Below are positions 40,994-45,986 of a stretch of DNA of 45,986 nt, piece by piece (the first letter of the stretch is position 1; every line of letters begins with the position of its first letter). The notes beneath the pieces are model-generated. The model saw only the letters and a list, made by a program, of their open reading frames with translations. It did not search any database and was not told where the DNA came from. Both the position numbers and the translations under genes were made by a program. This DNA comes from a virus, in the IMG/VR virus record IMGVR_UViG_3300014888_000001, positions 1 to 45,986 of that record. One strand, given 5' to 3'.

Positions 40994-41165
40994 CACCTTC
41001 TAACGCCATATATGCCAGAGCAAGATAGAATCCTGCTTCATCTTTCTTTCCTGCCTTTTCCGCATTCTCGCGCGCAATCTTCAGGATTTGCATTTGCTTA
41101 TCGAACTCTTCTTCGTAACCACAATCACGAGCATGGATTTTAAACTCGCTCAGGAAGTACATCAT
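40986..41165 (-). CDS. Hypothetical protein (59 aa; start trimmed to MMYFLSEF)
   Basis: ATGA overlap with the stop of 41162..41389. Confidence 0.5.
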   Translation of the reverse strand: MMYFLSEFKIHARDCGYEEEFDKQMQILKIARENAEKAGKKDEAGFYLALAYMALEGDE

Positions 41166-41389
41166 TCCACAATCTCCCACTCACCATGCGCGCACTCAGG
41201 GTAAATGCAGAAATTAACGCGACCAAAATCGTTGATGATTTCAAAATTACAGCTTCCTTCAATGTAGCCATACATGGCGCTCTTGTCGCCATCCGCCGCC
41301 GTAATGACGTATTCACGGTCAACCGTTAAATAGGTTGTGCCCTCACTCAAACCCACGCACCGAACTTTATCGCCTTTCTTCATCATCAT
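41162..41389 (-). CDS. Small protein (75 aa), paralog of 16001..16192
   Basis: GLSEGTTY...IINDFGRVNFCIYPECAHGEWEIVE aligns with GLTEGKEY...IMSDVGLVTLIRLGFPCAVGEWEEVK. Confidence 0.65.
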   Translation of the reverse strand: MMMKKGDKVRCVGLSEGTTYLTVDREYVITAADGDKSAMYGYIEGSCNFEIINDFGRVNFCIYPECAHGEWEIVE

Positions 41390-41413
41390 CGCCTCATTTG
41401 TTTTGATGAGGCA

Positions 41414-41455
41414 ATCATATCTTAATCAGGAATTAATTTTTATCAAAAAGTGCTA
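41414..41455 (-). promoter_or_regulatory. AGCAC-box promoter-like cassette E (inside the head module)
   Basis: Sense: TAGCAC-ttttt-GATAAAAA-17 bp-TATGAT (alternative TTGATA-N16-TAAGAT), followed by a GCCTCAT/ATGAGGC leader hairpin. Confidence 0.55.
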
Positions 41456-41460
41456 TAAAG

Positions 41461-41481
41461 CAAAAACCCGCCGAAGCGGGT
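41461..41481 (-). terminator. Rho-independent terminator after the head-morphogenesis gene
   Basis: Minus sense: ACCCGC-ttcg-GCGGGT followed by TTTTG. Confidence 0.6.
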
Positions 41482-42287
41482 CAGAATTTCAGGATAGGGC
41501 GCCAACTGCAAGCGCAGCCTTGCAAATAACCTGGCATTATCCATTCGCCATCCAGAAACGCACCCTTGGCCAGCTCAAACTCCAGATGCTCTTTCCCTGC
41601 CTTTACGTGACTGTGGCGAGGTTTCGCCTGACCGCCGCTGTGAATCCATTCGCCGTGGGTAATGCCTGCTGCCTGCTGCCGGACAGAGGACAGGGCGCTG
41701 GTTGCCTTGCGCACCTGGTCGCTTGCGATAAACTCTGCGCGGCGTCGCGTGATTCCCTCTCGCTTACTGAAGCCAGACATCAACTCATCAACAAGGCCCT
41801 CACGGTCTCCACCTTTTGTTACGGCGCGATATACCATGCCTTCAACCTCGGTGAAATACTTCTCAGGGATGGATTTAATCAGGCTGACGTTCTCGGCAAT
41901 GATTGCCTCCTGTCGCTCCATCATGGCCTCAGTCCACTGCATCTGGATGGTCATGCCTTCCTTGCGGGCTGACGCTTTCAGGTTCCGGTCTACGGCCTCT
42001 GCCGTACGGTCAACAAGCTGGTCGCTGATACCGGTGGCCATGTCAGTGAATCGCTTAACCCATTTACTGGCCAGAGTGCGAATTGCATCCCGCACCATCT
42101 TAACCGGGCTGGCATCCTGCGCCATTGTAGGTGTGGCAAGACTGTTTTCTCGGAAGATACCCACAACCGTTGACCGGACGTCGGTATTCATGTCGCGAAT
42201 CTGCTTCAGCATAGCGGATCGATACCACACGATATCACCCGCACTGTACTGAACCGGCCTGAACGTACGAGGGCGCTTACGGCTCAT
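41481..42287 (-). CDS. Head morphogenesis protein (Mu F / SPP1 gp7 family)
   Basis: 268 aa after the portal. C-terminal ...HGEWIHSGGQAKPRHSHVKAGKEHLEF... resembles the Mu F conserved region. Confidence 0.7.
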   Translation of the reverse strand: MSRKRPRTFRPVQYSAGDIVWYRSAMLKQIRDMNTDVRSTVVGIFRENSLATPTMAQDASPVKMVRDAIRTLASKWVKRFTDMATGISDQLVDRTAEAVDRNLKASARKEGMTIQMQWTEAMMERQEAIIAENVSLIKSIPEKYFTEVEGMVYRAVTKGGDREGLVDELMSGFSKREGITRRRAEFIASDQVRKATSALSSVRQQAAGITHGEWIHSGGQAKPRHSHVKAGKEHLEFELAKGAFLDGEWIMPGYLQGCACSWRPILKF

Positions 42288-43695
42288 CCGTCACTTCCTC
42301 ATCAGGCACGTAGCCATCTGCCAGGCTCTCAAATCCAGCGCCCTCAATCTGCTTGAGCGAGTCGCGCGCCTCTTCAGTGCTGATAATCATTGAGTCAGCT
42401 GCAGCAACAACCGTTTCAACCCTGGTCTTGATGATATCAACCCTGTCTTTGTCGGAAAGCTCATTGAGTGGGCGGAACTCGAAGTAGATATTGTCCTTAA
42501 TCTCGCCGAACTCTGATAACTGGATAATCTTGAAGATGGTTTCCAGTTTGCGACGGATATCGCGCTCCTGCATACCTGAGATGGTTTCGTGCCACGTTTC
42601 AAGCTCTGCGTCACCTGACGCGTTAAGGCCGGCTGGCGCGTTACCCAGCAGCTTCAGGTTGGTTACACGAGCGGGAATGCACAACTGGTCCTGAAAGTTT
42701 GACAGCAGGTTAGACAGCTCACTCAGGGACGTCTGCTGGTGAATAAGTTCCTCGGTATCCTTGTTAAGCGCCAGAGTACCGAAGTTGTCCGCATACAGGT
42801 TCAGGAATTTGATGCGGTTATCGAACTGACCTGGCTCAGCAAGGCGGGCGTCCATGTCGGTTGAAAGGATGCGCAGGCGAAGTGTCTCGATAATCTTGCG
42901 CACGTTGCGCTTAACATCGCGCCAGTCATCAACGTAGTCCTGCATCAACTGAATCAGCGAGAGGCCACCAAAGTTGTATGAAGGCCTGAGAATCTGCATT
43001 ACCGGCCTGGACACCATATCAATCAGATATGACTGATGCACGGTCTGTCCCATAACAAACCACTGCTGAGGCTTGTAGAAATCTTCCTTGAGAGGGTAGA
43101 GCGTGTTGTAGAGGGCCGGGTAAATCCAGGTAGGGTCAACGACGCGGAATCCCTTCAGTGAGCCTTTCTTAATGGCGCGAGGGTCAAGCACCAGCGGATT
43201 AGCCAGTTGCGCATCTGTGGCACCCACATCAACGAATGTGTGAGCAATGCCGAACGTGGCATCATGCACCACGGCCTCATGAATCAGGCGCTTGATGTCA
43301 AACTTAACCAGCGCATCCTCCATCGCCTCAACGTCCGGGTCGCCTGATTTGGTAGACTTCACCTCAATCCAGTTACGCACCATCTCATCGGCCAGCACCT
43401 GAACCATGTTGCTGTACTCAACCTGCTGGGCCATTGTGGCAAGGATTGGGTATCCACGGAACCCGGCATACTCAGAGCACAGATTCATCTGGTTAAGCAC
43501 GTCGTATGGCGTGGAGTCCATGGCAAGCGCCGACTCCAGCTTAGCGGGAGGGATGACGCCGGGAAGTGGCGTGTAACGCTCAAAATTCGCGTATTGGTTA
43601 ACCTCATCCTCAGGCTTAGCTGCCGCCAGCTCAAGGTGATGATTGGTAATCTTCGCAGGCTTTCTCGGCTCTGCTGGCTGGCGTTTAGTTGTCAT
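42277..43695 (-). CDS. Portal protein
   Basis: 472 aa. ATGA coupling to terL. terL-portal-MuF synteny. Confidence 0.75.
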   Translation of the reverse strand: MTTKRQPAEPRKPAKITNHHLELAAAKPEDEVNQYANFERYTPLPGVIPPAKLESALAMDSTPYDVLNQMNLCSEYAGFRGYPILATMAQQVEYSNMVQVLADEMVRNWIEVKSTKSGDPDVEAMEDALVKFDIKRLIHEAVVHDATFGIAHTFVDVGATDAQLANPLVLDPRAIKKGSLKGFRVVDPTWIYPALYNTLYPLKEDFYKPQQWFVMGQTVHQSYLIDMVSRPVMQILRPSYNFGGLSLIQLMQDYVDDWRDVKRNVRKIIETLRLRILSTDMDARLAEPGQFDNRIKFLNLYADNFGTLALNKDTEELIHQQTSLSELSNLLSNFQDQLCIPARVTNLKLLGNAPAGLNASGDAELETWHETISGMQERDIRRKLETIFKIIQLSEFGEIKDNIYFEFRPLNELSDKDRVDIIKTRVETVVAAADSMIISTEEARDSLKQIEGAGFESLADGYVPDEEVTDEP

Positions 43696-45083
43696 TTCAG
43701 CATGGTATCCGGTATGTGGAATGGTTTGTGAATAGGTGCAAATGCCATGATAAAGGAATCGGCGATGTTAGGCGACTTGATATCGCGCTTAGCCAGGTCT
43801 TTCTTGCTTTCGACCATTACACGCCCAACCTTATCAAAGTCTCTCTTAGGTGTCGCTAGTTCATACTTTAGTTTATCTATCTTTGGCATATCGCTTGAGA
43901 TACTTATCAACTGGTCAACTTTAAACTTTGGCGGCTCTTCACCTTTCCTCATTGCTTCCACAACCTGATGAGTGAGCCGGAATCTATCCGCGGCACCCCA
44001 CCATGCCTGCGACTTTAGGTTGGCAAAGAAGTCTTTGTTGGTTATGCCAGCCTGATATTTTTTCTCAGGGAACATCACGGCAGCACCTGCGTTAAACTTC
44101 TGATGCCTCCTGAATCCAATTTCATTTAGCTTAGATCCGGTAGCTGCACCAACGCCAATAGAGTCATACACGATATCAGCGCCATGCTTATCAGCCATAG
44201 CCTTAGCTCGCATGACACTCTTCAGCAATTCATCCTCGCCAGCCTTCCACTCATCGCAGTCATAAGCCACAGAGCCTTTGGCATAAGTGGTTGCGCATTT
44301 GTCATCGCCGGAGTCAGCTATATCAAATCCGACACGACTACGACCTGAATCGTCGAAGCCAATAGTAAGGTGCGCATCAACGGCAGACTCAATCCAGCTC
44401 ATTTTGATAACGGCATCATCATCATTCTCAAGCGGCTGGCCAAGGTAAATGTGGCGGAATAACTCGTAATCTTCCTTCTTCTCAGCATCGATATCTGCCA
44501 GTGCAGTTCGGTTAAGAAAAATGTTCTCATCATAATTTATGAATCTAACAACCGAACCGGAAGGGGGGTTAACCACGAGCCGCTGATATGCATAATCCGT
44601 CCTTAGCCGGGGGTTGAACGTAAACCACATCTCTGCGCCTTCGTTACGCATGATTGTGGGTCGGATGGCGACGAACATATCCTCAGTAAGGTTGTGCGCC
44701 TCCTCTATCCACGCAACGGATGCATTCTCGAAAGACTTTATCTCGTCGATGTTCCTGGCCATGCCATAGAAGCGAAAAAGTGATCCGTTGGTCTTATGCT
44801 CGATAGCATCCTTGTAAATCCTGAAGTTGGCACTCAGGCCAAACCCGTTAATCTTATCCTTCAGCAGGGTGTAAACGGAGTCGCTGATGCGGTTCTGAAA
44901 CATACGCAGGCAGAGGAAGCGCTGCTCGAAAAAGTTGGCACGGGCAATTGCCATGCCAGCAAAATCGTGTGATTTGCCTGACATCCGGCCTCCTACTGCG
45001 ATGCGGAATCTTACCGCATCGCCTTCATCGGTTATCCTGGTTTTCCAGTAATCCCTGAGCGCAGGGTTTAGCGTTGTTGGCAT
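43692..45083 (-). CDS. terL: Terminase large subunit
   Basis: 463 aa. Walker A VGGRMSGKSHD. Conserved WIEEA (Walker B-like) and a C-terminal nuclease region. Confidence 0.85.
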   Translation of the reverse strand: MPTTLNPALRDYWKTRITDEGDAVRFRIAVGGRMSGKSHDFAGMAIARANFFEQRFLCLRMFQNRISDSVYTLLKDKINGFGLSANFRIYKDAIEHKTNGSLFRFYGMARNIDEIKSFENASVAWIEEAHNLTEDMFVAIRPTIMRNEGAEMWFTFNPRLRTDYAYQRLVVNPPSGSVVRFINYDENIFLNRTALADIDAEKKEDYELFRHIYLGQPLENDDDAVIKMSWIESAVDAHLTIGFDDSGRSRVGFDIADSGDDKCATTYAKGSVAYDCDEWKAGEDELLKSVMRAKAMADKHGADIVYDSIGVGAATGSKLNEIGFRRHQKFNAGAAVMFPEKKYQAGITNKDFFANLKSQAWWGAADRFRLTHQVVEAMRKGEEPPKFKVDQLISISSDMPKIDKLKYELATPKRDFDKVGRVMVESKKDLAKRDIKSPNIADSFIMAFAPIHKPFHIPDTMLK

Positions 45084-45986
45084 TTTATTTCACCGATCAT
45101 ATTCATAGAATCCTGATTCAAATCAGAAAAGCACTCGGTGCTTCCCATGAATTTAATCTCAGGCTTATAAGAAAGATGCTTCAGCATTCGGTGAAGGTGC
45201 TTTTCAGCATCCCAAGCCTTTCCTGCCTCCATCCTTATAACAATACTGTCTGATATTTCATATGGGAAACCTTTCTTGAATCTACGCTTAAGGCCGTGCA
45301 TGCAGATACCAATCTTGATGAATGACTCGTCCTCTGACTTCATCCTAACGATGTATAAATTACTCATCCCATCAGTTTTAGCATTGGCCATCTCAATGTA
45401 CTTCGTTCGAGAATAGCTGTATATTGTTCCATCATTTTTCTTCTTTTTGTTTGCGGATATATAGCCGCACATCCTACAACCTTTACCGATATAATGCTCA
45501 TAAGCAACCTGTTCGAAATCACCATGCAACTTGCATGTAATGATTACCTTGTCGCGGCAATTAGAAAGCTCAACCTTTGAATAGTCGTACCTATCCCCAT
45601 GAATTTTTGATGACTTATCTAAGAAGTAACCAAGCCCTATCGGCTTGCTGCTGTTGGTTGGGTTTCTGCCGGAGCAAACCGTGCAGCCGGAGTTAACCGA
45701 AAGATGCTTTCCTGCTTTCCTAGTGAATTCACCATGCTTCATGCAAACAATGGTTACTTTTGATGTAGTTCTGAAATCATCGCATTTTACATAGCTGTAT
45801 TTATTGCCATGAATAAGGTTAGCTTCCCTGACGAAATCATCCCAAGACATAGCTCTAATTGCCGCGCTTCTTTCTGATCCACACTTCCTGCAACCATGAC
45901 CATTCGCGTGGTGCTCTGCTACCTGATAAAAAACGCCATGCTTTTCACAGGTGATGCTAATCTTTGACTTTATGCCAAAAAACTCA
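45068..45986 (-). CDS. Homing-endonuclease-like protein (three Cys/His repeats plus a T5orf172/GIY-YIG-like C-terminal domain). Partial here; the full gene is 332 aa spanning the junction to 159
   Basis: Repeats H(G/A)xKYxYS...I(T/V)C.KHG.F...H...G.GC..C occur three times. C-terminal LYIVRM...FIKIGI...RRF...TECF. Lies between terS and terL and overlaps terL by 16 nt. Confidence 0.65.
   Translation of the reverse strand, partial: EFFGIKSKISITCEKHGVFYQVAEHHANGHGCRKCGSERSAAIRAMSWDDFVREANLIHGNKYSYVKCDDFRTTSKVTIVCMKHGEFTRKAGKHLSVNSGCTVCSGRNPTNSSKPIGLGYFLDKSSKIHGDRYDYSKVELSNCRDKVIITCKLHGDFEQVAYEHYIGKGCRMCGYISANKKKKNDGTIYSYSRTKYIEMANAKTDGMSNLYIVRMKSEDESFIKIGICMHGLKRRFKKGFPYEISDSIVIRMEAGKAWDAEKHLHRMLKHLSYKPEIKFMGSTECFSDLNQDSMNMIGEIKCQQR
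45908..45986. repeat. Terminal direct repeat, identical to 1-79
   Basis: Direct comparison of the window ends. Confidence 0.95.

Noticed and set aside
1-45986. CRISPR arrays, rRNA genes, IS/transposon ends, reverse transcriptase/retron or DGR elements
   Set aside because: No regularly spaced direct repeats, transposase- or RT-like ORFs, or rRNA-like sequence were seen. The only tandem repeat is the 33-bp duplication at 24773-24838.

Overview
The window is a complete tailed-phage genome. Bases 1-79 repeat at 45908-45986, giving a circular or permuted unit of 45,907 bp. It reads as a myovirus-type dsDNA phage of a Gram-negative, probably enterobacterial, host.

I found no integrase, partition system, DNA polymerase, rRNA, CRISPR array or complete tRNA.

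Genes fall into four alternating blocks:
- Plus 2478-6132: early genes, including a P-loop protein and a truncated beta-clamp homolog.
- Minus 16192-6145: small genes, primase, two exported proteins, a YadA-type autotransporter, an HNH-AP2 endonuclease and the lysis cassette (holin, muramidase, Rz with embedded Rz1).
- Plus 16352-24402: methyltransferase-like gene, SF2 helicase interrupted by an intein, VRR-NUC, and a RecE-like exonuclease/ERF/SSB-like recombination module.
- Minus 1871 through the junction down to 24427: an early-left gene and a long untranslated tail, then terS, a homing-endonuclease-like gene, terL, portal, head, neck, sheath, tube, chaperone with -1 frameshift, tape measure, baseplate, fibre and fibre-assembly genes.

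The convergent block junctions carry bidirectional hairpin terminators. The divergent junctions carry back-to-back promoters.

Observations most worth follow-up:
1. The helicase is broken exactly at its DExH motif by an intein. The N-splicing half, a LAGLIDADG endonuclease and the C-splicing half lie in three overlapping ORFs. This is either a split intein ('fractured gene') or two homopolymer indel errors.
2. Eight orientation-locked copies of a promoter-like cassette with a conserved AGCAC box.
3. A half-size DnaN-like clamp in a genome without a polymerase.
4. A phage-borne YadA-anchor trimeric autotransporter.
5. About 1.8 kb of ORF-poor, repeat-rich DNA between terS and the rightward early operon. 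It holds terS-proximal repeats, a long terminated untranslated transcript with a tRNA 3'-half mimic, and an ACTTCC-rich 500-bp control region.

All protein-family calls come from motif recognition by eye. No database search was run.
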